Shown: positions 17,100 through 26,434 of the stretch, piece after piece
Position numbering within the stretch: the first letter of the stretch is position 1
Layout: each line of letters opens with the position of its first letter
Source: Clostridia bacterium
Lineage (GTDB): Bacteria > Bacillota > DSM-521 > Neomoorellales > SLTJ01
Reading direction: 5' to 3'
Length of the DNA stretch: 64,000 bases
Assembly: GCA_004347685.1 (NCBI GenBank)
Contig: SLTJ01000024.1
Span: 40,622-104,621, forward strand
Position numbers and translations under genes: made by a program
Notes under the pieces: generated by a model
Told to the model about the DNA's origin: nothing
The model's database searches: none
What the model saw: the letters and a program-made list of their open reading frames with translations, nothing else

Positions 17100-18201
17100 C
17101 TCGCATGACCTCCTCCCCGGCAATGGCCAGTTGATAGTCCACGGGCAGCCGCAGGTAGGGTTCCGGCCGGCCGGCCAGGGCCTCCAGCACCCGCTTCTTT
17201 TTTCGCCAGGCGGCCTCACGCAGCAACGGCAGCCTTTCGGCCCCATATGGTTTTATCTCCAGCACCCGGGCGGTCCGCGCCTCCTGCACCAGCTCCTCAC
17301 CCCTGGCCGAGCGCACGACCAGGGTATTCCATCCCGGTATTGCTTCGGTGGAACCGACAGCCACGTCGGCCAGTTCAGCGGTGGGGTCAAAGCAGGTGTG
17401 GCAGGCGGGCTTGATAAAGGGCCGAACTTCGTCCAGGGAAAGGGACAATGGCCCGCCCGTGGTATCTACTATTACCTCGGCCGGCGTAATATCCATCTTG
17501 GTGACCCGGGAGCGGGTGCGGCTGGTGAGGAAAGCCGAAAAAGCGGCCTCCAGAGCCCAGAAGCAGAAAAGACCAATGACCAGGTTGGGCGCCGGCCCGG
17601 GCGCGGCTTGGTGGTTGTTTTCCAGCCCTTGCAACCGGCGGACGGCCGTGACCTGGCACGGCCGCCCCACCACGGCCGGGCGCGTCAACCCGGTACGGCG
17701 GGCGGTCAACATGTTGGCTAGAGAAGGGACGGCCAGGTATTTGGAGCCGGCGCAGTTGTTTACTCCGGCCGGGGTGGTGGCCAGCCTGGGCAGAGGCTGT
17801 TCCAGGCTGCCGCCCACCAGCAGGGCGCCGTCAATCAGGCCCTGCTCAAAGGCGAAGTTTATCAGGGCCGTGGTCACCCCGCCGTATTGGGCGGCGGCCG
17901 GACGCACGGCCCGGGCGGCGCGGGCATAGTAAATGTCGCGGTGAGTTCCCAGCAGGTGATCTTCCCTGGGCGCGCCGAAAACCTGCACATCCAGGTCCTG
18001 CAGGTCGTGGGGCGTGCGCGGGCAACTGCGGTAGCAATTCCCGTCCTCGAGACCGCAGGAGTAAACTATCCTCACCCTGTCCCCGGCAAACCTGATGTAG
18101 GGGCAAAGGCCGGCGCACATGCCACAGGCGGTACATTGACCGGCAGCCATTACCTGGGCCTGCAATTCCTGCGGGCCGGGTTTCACCCTCATTGTTTCCA
18201 T
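17074..18201 (-). CDS. FrhB/FdhB-family (coenzyme F420 hydrogenase beta-like) Fe-S flavoprotein
   Basis: N-terminal CTACGMCAGLCP cluster motif, followed by FrhB_FdhB-like N and C regions. The ATG at 18201 follows AGAGGTGAG. Confidence 0.6.
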   Translation of the reverse strand: METMRVKPGPQELQAQVMAAGQCTACGMCAGLCPYIRFAGDRVRIVYSCGLEDGNCYRSCPRTPHDLQDLDVQVFGAPREDHLLGTHRDIYYARAARAVRPAAAQYGGVTTALINFAFEQGLIDGALLVGGSLEQPLPRLATTPAGVNNCAGSKYLAVPSLANMLTARRTGLTRPAVVGRPCQVTAVRRLQGLENNHQAAPGPAPNLVIGLFCFWALEAAFSAFLTSRTRSRVTKMDITPAEVIVDTTGGPLSLSLDEVRPFIKPACHTCFDPTAELADVAVGSTEAIPGWNTLVVRSARGEELVQEARTARVLEIKPYGAERLPLLREAAWRKKKRVLEALAGRPEPYLRLPVDYQLAIAGEEVMRDEYYARSS

Positions 18202-18279
18202 ATACTCACCTCTTATCATCAGGCAATAACACCTGCTGCTATTTTATCCCTGAATGGCAGGATTATGCAAGAGGAAATT

Positions 18280-19110
18280 TCATGTGTAAACTATGGGGTG
18301 CATCCTCACCTGGCCGTGGTGGTAATGGCCGAAGCGGTTAAACCCGGCGGCCTCCAGGGTGGCCAGGCCGGTGGACAGGTCAGCTCCCACATCTTCCGGC
18401 CGGTGGGCGTCAGAACCGAGGGTGACTATTTCTCCGCCCAAATCCCGGTACCACCGGAGAATGGTCAATCCGGGCAGGGTATCGCCCAAGCCCTGGCGGA
18501 TCCCGGAGGTATTTACCTCCAGCCCGATCCCCCGCGCGATCGTTTCCTGCAGGATGGCGGTTATTATTTCCCGGAAGCGTTCTGCTTCCAGGGGATAGGC
18601 GTGGTCCAGGTATCTTTTCAGGAGATCCAGGTGGGCCAGAACGTGAAAATTGCCGGCCCGCACGGCCAGCAGTACCTCGGTGAAGTAATCCTGGTAGGCC
18701 TCTTGCCCGGAACAATGCTGACCAAATTCCAGGTGCAGGGCCTCCTTTCCCACCCAGTGGACTGAGCCCAGCAGGAAATCAACTTCTTCGCCGGATTTGC
18801 CGGAAAGAAAGGTCTCGATAGCTTCTCGGTAGAGGTGTGGTTCTCCCAGTTCAAGCCCCAGGCCGATCTCCAGCCTCCCGGCAAACTCCCGGCGCGCGGC
18901 CTCCACTTCCTGGGCGTAGCGGGCAAAATCCAGGTGGTCGAACCCCTCGGCCGCGGGGTTGAGGTCATAGTGTTCGGTAAAGGTAATCCCTGTCAGCCCG
19001 GCCGCGAGGGCGGCCCGGCAGTAATCATGTACCTGTCGTCTCCCGTCTATGGAGTGGTGGGAATGCACGTGACAATCAGCAAGCCACAAAGAACGGTTTA
19101 CCCCCTCCAA
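18280..19110 (-). CDS. PHP-domain histidinol-phosphatase family protein
   Basis: CHVHSHHSIDG, FTEHYD, GSVHW, SDAHRPEDVG, which are PHP metal-binding motifs. The exact start is uncertain (TTG). Confidence 0.7.
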   Translation of the reverse strand: MEGVNRSLWLADCHVHSHHSIDGRRQVHDYCRAALAAGLTGITFTEHYDLNPAAEGFDHLDFARYAQEVEAARREFAGRLEIGLGLELGEPHLYREAIETFLSGKSGEEVDFLLGSVHWVGKEALHLEFGQHCSGQEAYQDYFTEVLLAVRAGNFHVLAHLDLLKRYLDHAYPLEAERFREIITAILQETIARGIGLEVNTSGIRQGLGDTLPGLTILRWYRDLGGEIVTLGSDAHRPEDVGADLSTGLATLEAAGFNRFGHYHHGQVRMHPIVYT

Positions 19111-19174
19111 GCCCGTCCAGGATATTATAGCAGAAAAAAAGAAAGGGAGCCACCGGCTCCCGATTAAATTAGCC

Positions 19175-19363
19175 TCAGCTAAAGCTGGTTCCGCCTGTAG
19201 GGGCCGCTCCGCACCCGCCCGTAGAGAAGTTCAAGCCGCTGAACACCTGCTCCACCTTGTGGCTGCCACATTGCGGGCAAGAGGCTTTGTCGCGCTCTTG
19301 ATACGACATCCTGGCCGTAAACTTACGGCCACATTCCTGACAGCGAAGCTCATAGGTTGGCAA
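19175..19363 (-). CDS. FmdB-family zinc-ribbon putative regulatory protein
   Basis: PTYELRCQECGRKF...CPQCGS matches the CxxC..CxxC FmdB pattern. The likely start is the TTG at 19363, 8 nt after GGAGG (track start GTG 19372). Confidence 0.65.
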   Translation of the reverse strand: MPTYELRCQECGRKFTARMSYQERDKASCPQCGSHKVEQVFSGLNFSTGGCGAAPTGGTSFS

Positions 19364-19392
19364 TACCCTCACCTCCGACTGGTGTTATGCTT

Positions 19393-19421
19393 ATTATACT
19401 ATACAAGGATTTCGCCCGCAA
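19393..19421 (-). promoter_or_regulatory. Sigma-A-type promoter upstream of the FmdB-like gene
   Basis: The minus strand reads TTGCGG (19421..19416), a 17-nt spacer, then TATAAT (19398..19393). Confidence 0.5.
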
Positions 19422-19510
19422 TAGGTATGTCGTCCGGATATCCGCCTCTCCGCCACCGGCACCCTAATAACATACCTTCCCCTTCCCCGTTGCCGCCAGG
19501 CTCGCAGCCC

Positions 19511-19544
19511 AAAAAAAGAGGAGCTTTACGAAGCCCCTCTTTTT
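19511..19544 (-). terminator. Rho-independent terminator (the minus-strand reading gives a 7-U tail)
   Basis: Minus strand: AGAGGGGC-ttcgtaaa-GCTCCTCT followed by TTTTTTT. Stem has one mismatch. Confidence 0.6.
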
Positions 19545-19772
19545 AACCTGCGTTCCTGTGCCGGCTTTTCAACGGTTATGCCGAGCCACTTCAGGTACTT
19601 GAGCCATTTTTCATGCTCCTGTTCTCTGCCTTTGCGAGATGATCCCTTGTTTACCAACGGCGTTTCTAGCGGCAGTTGCATCACCCCCTATTAATTCTAT
19701 TCTAGCACAATGGTACCAAAACTGCAAATTTTTATTTTCACCAACCCGCTGGTTATTTTTGGCAAGAAAGGC

Positions 19773-19925
19773 TTACCAATAACCCCACTGACGGTACTGA
19801 TAAACCTGATAGCATTTCCGGCACAGGGACTTGGGCCCCCAAAACTCCGAGACCAGGCGAAGACCGTCCTTGCGATACAGCTTGCCACAATTACCGCAGC
19901 GAGCAACTTCCGTCACCTTGGCCAT
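19773..19925 (-). CDS. Small (50 aa) CxxC..CxxC zinc-ribbon protein, below the ORF-track cut-off
   Basis: My translation: MAKVTEVARCGNCGKLYRKDGLRLVSEFWGPKSLCRKCYQVYQYRQWGYW. Directly downstream of the cooC-like gene. Confidence 0.4.
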   Translation of the reverse strand: MAKVTEVARCGNCGKLYRKDGLRLVSEFWGPKSLCRKCYQVYQYRQWGYW

Positions 19926-19978
19926 AACTTGATCACCCTGTTTTTCCTTAGGATGCCCCGTTACCGGCCACCTTAATC

Positions 19979-20731
19979 CTATAGCTTGGTCTTTTCGGCA
20001 ATACCGGTGACAGCCCGGACAGCCACTGCATCCTCCGGCAAGTAGAATATTGCCCGACCGTTCAGGTCAGCCTGCATCACCTGGCTATCCAGGGGGATAA
20101 ATCCCGCCAGCGGCAGGCTGGTGGCCTCGATTTCCGGCTGCAGGGCTTCGGCCTGGCCGTCGAGGGTCTTGGTTACGACCAGGTATTTGGCGTTAATGGG
20201 GGTCTTGAGGGTATCGGTAATCTCCTTAACCCGGGCGGCCGCGCGCAGTCCCCTGGCCGAAGCGTCGCTGAGGACAAAGAGGACATCGGCTTTCGGCACC
20301 GTGCGGCGGCTCAAGTGTTCCAGGCCGGCCTCGCTATCCACCACCAGGTAATCGTAATTGACTGCCAGGCGCTCCAGGTAGCCGCGCAGCAAGTCATTGG
20401 CGTAGCAATAGCAACCCGGGCCCTGCGGGCCGCCCATCACGAGCAAGTCAATACGTGGCGTCTCGGTCATCACCTGCTGTAGCTTGTATTCGACAAACAA
20501 ATCTTTGGTCATACCCGGCGGGACACTCCTGCCGTCCTTTACTTCGTCAAGAATGTCCGCAATATTTCCCTTCACCTCTACCCCCAGGGCCTCGTTCAGG
20601 TTGGCGTTGGGGTCCGCGTCCACGGCCAGGATTGTTCCCTTGCCTTTTTCAACCAGATAACGCAACACGAGGGAAGCGAAAGTTGTCTTCCCGGTACCTC
20701 CCTTGCCGGCGACAAAGATTATTTTGGCCAA
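19979..20731 (-). CDS. cooC: CooC/AcsF-type MinD-family nickel-insertion ATPase
   Basis: MAKIIFVAGKGGTGKTT deviant Walker A, a CYCYAND motif (CxC metal site), 250 aa. Confidence 0.7.
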   Translation of the reverse strand: MAKIIFVAGKGGTGKTTFASLVLRYLVEKGKGTILAVDADPNANLNEALGVEVKGNIADILDEVKDGRSVPPGMTKDLFVEYKLQQVMTETPRIDLLVMGGPQGPGCYCYANDLLRGYLERLAVNYDYLVVDSEAGLEHLSRRTVPKADVLFVLSDASARGLRAAARVKEITDTLKTPINAKYLVVTKTLDGQAEALQPEIEATSLPLAGFIPLDSQVMQADLNGRAIFYLPEDAVAVRAVTGIAEKTKL

Positions 20732-20745
20732 AGGTCTACCTCCTG

Positions 20746-20904
20746 TTATTTCCCGGCCTTGCCGGCGGCCTTTTTGGCCGAAGCTGTCTCCGCCTCACCG
20801 GGCTTTTTGATGAAAGTCTCTCTTTCTCCACACTCCTGGCATTTTTTGGGCTGGCAGCGCGCCTCCCTGATACTGCCACATGCCGAGCATTCCCATAGGG
20901 CCAT
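20746..20904 (-). CDS. Small (52 aa) zinc-ribbon protein, below the ORF-track cut-off
   Basis: My translation: MALWECSACGSIREARCQPKKCQECGERETFIKKPGEAETASAKKAAGKAGK. RBS GGAGGG lies 9 nt upstream, and the stop lies 14 nt before the cooC start. Confidence 0.5.
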   Translation of the reverse strand: MALWECSACGSIREARCQPKKCQECGERETFIKKPGEAETASAKKAAGKAGK

Positions 20905-21003
20905 AGGCCTTAATCCCTCCTGAAAAGATTTTTCCAGCAGTAATTTTACCCCAGATCGGCCATGCTTTTATATGACGTAGATCACAACCAAGGGGAAGAA
21001 TTT

Positions 21004-22386
21004 ATGCCACAGGAATTTTACCGTGGCCTCCTAACCGGGGGGCTCCTGTCCGTCCTGGGTTTGTCATTGGCCGGCAGCAAAGTTATAGATAAACTGAGCG
21101 ACATACTCCTGCAGCGAATTATGACCGAGCCATACTTTCGCAACCCCTGGGAACTGGTCTATGCCTTACACCGCACCAGCCCGCAGACTACTGTTGAAAC
21201 CAACCTTCGCTCCCAGTACGGAAAGGTCATTGACCGTCCCCTCTCCGGTCCACGGAAATTCCCCAGCCTGGACGGTCTGGTGTTTAACCCGGCCCAACTG
21301 GCCCGGCCGGCCAGCCCCGCAGATACTGCGGTGAACTTAAAGGTTGTCATTGGCCCCCGAGCCGCCAGGCCCATGGTGATTGACATCCCCATCATGGTTT
21401 CGGCCATGGCCTACGGCCTGGCCCTCAGCGCCCGGGCCAAGATCGCCATAGCTAAGGCTACCGCCAGAGCCGGCACGGCCACCAATACCGGAGAGGGCCC
21501 CTTCGTGCCTGCGGAAAGAACTTCCGCCCGCCACATCATCCTGCAGTGGAACCGGTACTGGTGGAACAAGGAGCCCGAGATCCTAAAGCAAGCTGACATG
21601 ATCGAGATCCAGTTCGGCCAGGGAGCCCGGGGCGGCGCCGGCCATGTCACCGGATTTAAGGCCATTGACCCCCGGATACGAAAGGAACTTGGGCTGGCCC
21701 CGGGACAGGACGCCGTAGCCCACTCCCGGCCGCCGGGCGCAGAGAACCCGAGAAACCTGGCCCGGCTCGTGGCCCACCTGCGGGAGGTTACCGGCGGCGT
21801 GCCCATCGGCGTGAAACTCGCTGCCGGGCAGGATCTGGAAAAAGACCTGTGCCTGGCCGTAGACGCCGGAGTGGATGCCGTGGCCATTGACGGCGCCGAG
21901 GCCGGGACCAAGGGATCGCCGCCTGTTCTCCAGGACGAGTTTGGACTGCCCACATTCTATGCTGTTTCACGGGCTGGGAAATTCTGGAATAAAAACCACC
22001 TACACGGCCAGGTTAGCCTGATCGTCGGCGGCGGCTTAACCACCCCGGGAGACTTCCTCAAGGTCCTGGCCCTGGGGGCTGATACGGTATATATCGGCAG
22101 CATCGCCCTTTTTGCCCTGGCCCACACCCAGGTCCTGAAGGTTTTACCCTGGAAGCCGCCGGTAAGCATCGTCTTCCAGGATAGTCCCGAACACAAACGC
22201 CTGCGTGTCAATCAGGCGGCCACCAGCCTGGCCAATTTCCTTAATTCCTGCGCTCTGGAAATGGCCGAAGGAATCAAGGCGTTGGGCAAAAGTTCGGTGA
22301 CCGAAGTAACGCGCCATGACCTCGTGGCGTTGGACCCCACCACCGCCGCGGCGGCCGGAGTGCCGCTGGCGTATAGGACTCCCTGA
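21004..22386 (+). CDS. Glutamate synthase-related FMN-binding protein (GltB domain-2-like)
   Basis: PIMVSAMAYGLALS..NTGEGP..IQFGQGARGGAGH..DGAEAGTKGSP. The ATG at 21004 is preceded by AAGGGGAAG (track start 20962). Confidence 0.7.
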   Translation: MPQEFYRGLLTGGLLSVLGLSLAGSKVIDKLSDILLQRIMTEPYFRNPWELVYALHRTSPQTTVETNLRSQYGKVIDRPLSGPRKFPSLDGLVFNPAQLARPASPADTAVNLKVVIGPRAARPMVIDIPIMVSAMAYGLALSARAKIAIAKATARAGTATNTGEGPFVPAERTSARHIILQWNRYWWNKEPEILKQADMIEIQFGQGARGGAGHVTGFKAIDPRIRKELGLAPGQDAVAHSRPPGAENPRNLARLVAHLREVTGGVPIGVKLAAGQDLEKDLCLAVDAGVDAVAIDGAEAGTKGSPPVLQDEFGLPTFYAVSRAGKFWNKNHLHGQVSLIVGGGLTTPGDFLKVLALGADTVYIGSIALFALAHTQVLKVLPWKPPVSIVFQDSPEHKRLRVNQAATSLANFLNSCALEMAEGIKALGKSSVTEVTRHDLVALDPTTAAAAGVPLAYRTP

Positions 22387-22397
22387 CCAACCGGATT

Positions 22398-22820
22398 TTA
22401 GGTGCCCATGTTTGTTTCCGCGCGCGTTTCGGCCACGGCCTTACATTCGCGGCAGCGACCATAGAACTCCAGCCGATGGTAGCCTACCTCATATCCCTGC
22501 TGGACCAGGTTCCGGTCCAAATCGGCAACTACCGGCATATCCAAATCCAGGACCCGGCCGCAATCCGCGCAGACGAAATGGTAGTGGTTTGCGGGATTGC
22601 CGTCGTACCGGCTATAGGTGCTGCCGTAGGATAGCTCCATGATGTCCCCGGCTTCTTTCAGGATCCCCAGGTTACGGTAAACTGTCCCCAGGCTGATGTC
22701 CGGGCACTCCTTGCGTACCTGTTCGTAAACCCAGTCGGCCGTGGGATGAGACTTTGTTTGGCGCAGCGTATCCAGGATTATCTTCCGTTGCCTGGTCATC
22801 CTGCGCGTGCCCTTGGCCAT
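22398..22820 (-). CDS. fur: Fur-family metalloregulator (Fur/PerR/Zur type)
   Basis: RMTRQRKIILDTL..HPTADWVY..ISLGTVYRNL..HYHFVCADCG..CRECK. Confidence 0.8.
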   Translation of the reverse strand: MAKGTRRMTRQRKIILDTLRQTKSHPTADWVYEQVRKECPDISLGTVYRNLGILKEAGDIMELSYGSTYSRYDGNPANHYHFVCADCGRVLDLDMPVVADLDRNLVQQGYEVGYHRLEFYGRCRECKAVAETRAETNMGT

Positions 22821-22901
22821 AAAAGTTCCCCCTGCCCCTTAAGAATGATTATCTCTAATCTTTTTACCATCATATGCTTTACTATTTATGGTGTCAAGGC
22901 C

Positions 22902-24146
22902 CTATTCTCTTTTTCGGTCCGGCCGGGAATACAGAGGAAACAGGGCCTGGCCGAATTCCCGGAACAGAACGAGGTTGTGCCTTTTCATGTATACTTCAGC
23001 GGCTGCCAACACCAGGAAGATGATGGTGATCGGAATGTGGGTGGGTGGGTAAACAAATTGTACCAGAAACAAAACCAGCAAGACACTGGCCTGCCGCCAG
23101 CCAAAGCGGAGATCCAGCAAGGCGGCGATGCCGAAAAAGGTCTGGGCCGCCGTAAGCAGTATTTCTTCGACCTGCAGCGGGTTGAGGGGGATGGGCGCTA
23201 GGTGTCCGACGCTCAAGCTGTAGGCCACCGGTATGGTGGCAATGAGGAGGGTCCACTGGTTCAGCTTAGACGACACCAGATTGGCCAGGCCCATGGGGGC
23301 CTTGGCCACTGAATAGGCCCAGATAAATGCGGTCAGGCTTTCCGGAAATTCCGAGAGAAAGGGTGCCACCCACTGGACAAAGAGGTATTCGGATAAACCG
23401 AGGGACACGGCCACGTGCAGCAGGCTGTCAATAAAAGGTTCGGCGCCGAAAAGGATGACAAACGCGCCAAAGGCAAAGAGGGCGGAAACAATAGCCACCT
23501 TTCTCCCGCCGCGGGTTAAGGCGATTTTGGCGGCTATCCCCTCTGCCCTTTCTTCACTGTCTTCCGGCCGGGGTAACCTGAGGGCGGCGAAAACATAGGC
23601 CACGTAAATGGCCACCAACACCGCAGCATCCAGCAAGGTAAGGCTGGCCTTGGCCACAATGATCAAGGAATACAGGGCGGCCAGCAGCAGGAACACTATC
23701 TCCACTGCCTGGTGCCGGTCGAGTTCCACCACGGTAAAGGTCTTGTTGCGGCGGCGCGATCCCAAGAGAGCCATGAAGAAAATGGCCGGCCATCCCAGTC
23801 CCAGGAGCAACCTGTTGGCCCCGGTCATGGTGGCTGCGGCTAGTTCCAGGTGCCGCCCCCAGGCCAGCACTACTTCAAAGGAGTATTCCGGCAGAACCTG
23901 GATCAAGGCTAACACGGCCAAAGCCAGGGTCTGGGATACTACTGTTTCCAAGGACTCGGTGGCCCAGGAGAGGAAATAGGCGGCAGCCACGATGGCCAGC
24001 CCGGCGACCAGGGCCACCAGGGCCGGCTGGCCCCCACCCCACCGGACAAAGACGACCAGGATAAAGGGGATAATGGTTAGGGACAGCAGGAACACCTGGA
24101 GTTTCTCTCCTGCAGTGAGGCGAAACTCCGGAGGGTGAGAAGCCAA
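22902..24146 (-). CDS. Multi-pass membrane protein, probable Ca2+/cation (CaCA) antiporter
   Basis: 414 aa, highly hydrophobic. Two halves with alpha-repeat-like segments (GANRLLLGLGWPA ..). Family assignment is tentative. Confidence 0.5.
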   Translation of the reverse strand: MASHPPEFRLTAGEKLQVFLLSLTIIPFILVVFVRWGGGQPALVALVAGLAIVAAAYFLSWATESLETVVSQTLALAVLALIQVLPEYSFEVVLAWGRHLELAAATMTGANRLLLGLGWPAIFFMALLGSRRRNKTFTVVELDRHQAVEIVFLLLAALYSLIIVAKASLTLLDAAVLVAIYVAYVFAALRLPRPEDSEERAEGIAAKIALTRGGRKVAIVSALFAFGAFVILFGAEPFIDSLLHVAVSLGLSEYLFVQWVAPFLSEFPESLTAFIWAYSVAKAPMGLANLVSSKLNQWTLLIATIPVAYSLSVGHLAPIPLNPLQVEEILLTAAQTFFGIAALLDLRFGWRQASVLLVLFLVQFVYPPTHIPITIIFLVLAAAEVYMKRHNLVLFREFGQALFPLYSRPDRKRE

Positions 24147-24207
24147 GCAGTACCACCTTCTCTATCCGCAAGTTGGAAATTGGCGCCGTTGTAGACGACG
24201 TAGACAC

Positions 24208-24399
24208 CTGGGAGGGTGTTGAAAAAGTGTTCTCCCGGCTGCAGGGCTCCGGCCTCGCTCCAGGGCGGGCGTTCGGACCGGACTACGGCTCGGCTTCGGG
24301 CTCGGCCGGACTTCGCGGCCAATTCGGCGTCCATGCCTCAAATGGCCGCCCTCCGGCATCCATGCCTCCGGGTCCGGCCTCACTCCTCGCCTCGCCTAG
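24208..24399. repeat. Intergenic low-complexity/GC-rich element between flxA and the antiporter gene
   Basis: ctgggagggtgttgaaaaagtgttctccc (5-bp gggag/ctccc hairpin), then ggctcggcttcgggctcggccgg runs, ending in cctcactcctcgcctcgcctag. That end resembles the 26414..26438 end of the flxC-flxB element. Confidence 0.4.
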
Positions 24400-24470
24400 T
24401 CCGGTTACCCTCCGCCACCAAGATCGCTCGGCCTGGAGTCCCTGCAGCCGGCTGGTTTTGCAACGCTCTC

Positions 24471-25289
24471 CTAGTACTCGTCCGGCAGGTTTTGCAACTG
24501 GGCCAGGGTGAACACCGGGCCGTCCAGACAGACATAGCTGCTGCCGATGTTACACCGGCCGCATTTGCCAATACCACATTTCATGCGCATTTCCAGGGTC
24601 GTGACGATATTCTCAGGCGCGTAACGCATTTTGTCCAGGGCCTGGAGGACGAATTTGATCATAATGGGTGGGCCGCAGGTGACGGTGACCTTCCCCGCCG
24701 GGTCTGGGTTTAGCTCCTCCAGATAGGCCGGGACAAAACCCACGTGGCCCTGCCAGTTATCATCTCCTACATCCACGGTTATATTTACTTCTGTATCCGG
24801 CTCATGAGGCCACCGGTCAAAGATTTCTTCCTTGAATACCAGGTCGGCTGGCGAGCGGGCACCGTAGATAATTTGAATATGGCCAAAGTCGGAGCGGTGA
24901 GCCAGGCAGTAGACGATCATGGAGCGCAGCGGGGCCAGGCCAATCCCGCCGCCGATAAAGAGCAAGTCCTTACCCCGGCACAAATCCAGAGGAAATCCGT
25001 TGCCGTACGGGCCGCGCACCCCCACCATCTGCCCGGTTTCGGCCTCGTGGAGGGCCGCCGTGAGCATCCCCGCCTTTTTTATACTGAACTCCAGGTGCTG
25101 CTCTCCCTGGGAGCTGATGGAGAACATCCCTTCGCCCACCGCCGGCAAGGAAACCATGGCCAGTTGTCCCGGCCGCGGGACAAAAGGCTTGCCCCCGGTA
25201 AAGGTCACGTGAAAGGTCTTCACGTCCGGGGTCTCGGTAATAATCCGTTCTATCTGTCCCGCCATGGGGAGCAGGGGATTTTCAGGCAT
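24471..25289 (-). CDS. flxA: FAD/NAD(P)-binding 2Fe-2S oxidoreductase, FlxA/AsrB/PyrK-like
   Basis: FNR-like fold, LLFIGGGIGLAPL, C-terminal CGIGKCGRCNIG..YVCLDGPVF. Confidence 0.7.
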   Translation of the reverse strand: MPENPLLPMAGQIERIITETPDVKTFHVTFTGGKPFVPRPGQLAMVSLPAVGEGMFSISSQGEQHLEFSIKKAGMLTAALHEAETGQMVGVRGPYGNGFPLDLCRGKDLLFIGGGIGLAPLRSMIVYCLAHRSDFGHIQIIYGARSPADLVFKEEIFDRWPHEPDTEVNITVDVGDDNWQGHVGFVPAYLEELNPDPAGKVTVTCGPPIMIKFVLQALDKMRYAPENIVTTLEMRMKCGIGKCGRCNIGSSYVCLDGPVFTLAQLQNLPDEY

Positions 25290-26283
25290 TGGCGACCACC
25301 TCCGCGAGACGGTTAGCTACCTGGGTGATGTCCAGGTTGACCGGGCATTTGAGGACGCAGCGGCCACAGCCGACACACCCAAATTTGCCGTAGCGTTCCG
25401 GCATGAATTGCAGTTTATGCAGGAAGCGGTTGCGCACCCTCTCTTTCTTCGTCGGCCGTGGGTTGGCGCCACCGGCCATGAGGGTGTAGTCGCTGAACAT
25501 ACAGGAATCCCAGCACCGGTAGCGATACCCTTGCACGCCCCGATTGTGGCTCTGGATATCAAAACAGTGACAAACCGGGCACAGGTAGGTACAGGTGCCG
25601 CATCCCAGGCATTTCTGGTACATAATATCCCAGACCTGGTGACGGAACATGGGTCTTAGCCCGGAGGGCAGGTGGTCTACCTTGATCTCCAGGGGAAAAT
25701 CACCGGCAAACTCAGGTGCCGCAGCCTGGCGTTCGACCGGCCCGGCCGGTTTCGCCAGCAAGTCCTGCCCGGCTGGGGAAACCGCCTCCAGCCCCCACTC
25801 CGCCCCCAGGTCGTACAGCATGAGGTCGGCATTGTCCGCCCGGGTGGGGTCCAGGCCGAAACTGGTGCAGAAGCAGGCCGGTCCCGGACGCCGGCACGCC
25901 AGCACGACCAGGAGGGTATTTTGCCGGCGCGAGCGGTAAAGGCTATCTTCATAACCCTTGGTAAGAAAGACATCATCCATGATGCCGGTGGCCGCAGCAT
26001 CGCACGGCCGCAGCCCGAAGATCACCCGCGGGCTGTTTCCTTCGTCCCGGGACAGGATCTCCAGTTGCTGTCCCAGGGTCCGGTACCCGTATAGGACCTG
26101 GGTCTGAGGGAAGAACAATTCCTTGGGGGAGATGACCGGGTTCTCCTCCCAATAAAGCTGAATGCCGGCCTGCCAGGGCACGAACCTGGTCATACCGCCG
26201 GCCTCTGCCGGAACAAAAACGGTTCTCCCGGCAGCCATGGCCTCCAGGAAGGAGGGCAACTGGCTTTTATCTAAAACGTACAC
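25282..26283 (-). CDS. flxB: 4Fe-4S protein, FlxB/AsrA-like
   Basis: CLGCGTCTYLCPVCHC and CVGCGRCVLKCP clusters. GTG start at 26283 after AGGAGGTG. Confidence 0.65.
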   Translation of the reverse strand: MYVLDKSQLPSFLEAMAAGRTVFVPAEAGGMTRFVPWQAGIQLYWEENPVISPKELFFPQTQVLYGYRTLGQQLEILSRDEGNSPRVIFGLRPCDAAATGIMDDVFLTKGYEDSLYRSRRQNTLLVVLACRRPGPACFCTSFGLDPTRADNADLMLYDLGAEWGLEAVSPAGQDLLAKPAGPVERQAAAPEFAGDFPLEIKVDHLPSGLRPMFRHQVWDIMYQKCLGCGTCTYLCPVCHCFDIQSHNRGVQGYRYRCWDSCMFSDYTLMAGGANPRPTKKERVRNRFLHKLQFMPERYGKFGCVGCGRCVLKCPVNLDITQVANRLAEVVANA

Positions 26284-26296
26284 CTAGCCACCTCCT

Positions 26297-26369
26297 AGTT
26301 TCGATTTCCGAGTTTCGAGTTTGGAGTTTCGAGTTTGGGTAAGACGTTGGAGGTTGAAAATCGTCCTCC
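26297..26369. repeat. Tandem heptamer run plus small hairpin in the flxC-flxB spacer
   Basis: agtttcgatttccgagtttcgagtttggagtttcgagtttggg, followed by the hairpin ggagg-ttgaaaatcgt-cctcc (26349..26369). Confidence 0.65.
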
Positions 26370-26434
26370 ATATGGTCCGAGCGCCACCAGAGGCTGAGAA
26401 TAGCAACGGCGGCGCGCCACTCCTCACCGCGACC

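Noticed and set aside
24219-24226. A shared TTGAAAA(T/A) core (24219, 26353, 53044, 62906) as a conserved motif of the repeat family
   Set aside because: On the minus (transcribed) strand this is simply UUUUCAA after a stem, in other words a terminator-like U-run. At 62906 it follows an ordinary palindrome. The motif is too short and too easily explained to count as a family signature.
26297-26339. Tandem short repeats (26297..26339, 32878..32912, 12116..12148) as a CRISPR array for the nearby RAMP genes
   Set aside because: The units are only 7-9 nt long, are contiguous without spacers, differ between sites, and lie 10-50 kb from the RAMP genes. This is not CRISPR architecture.
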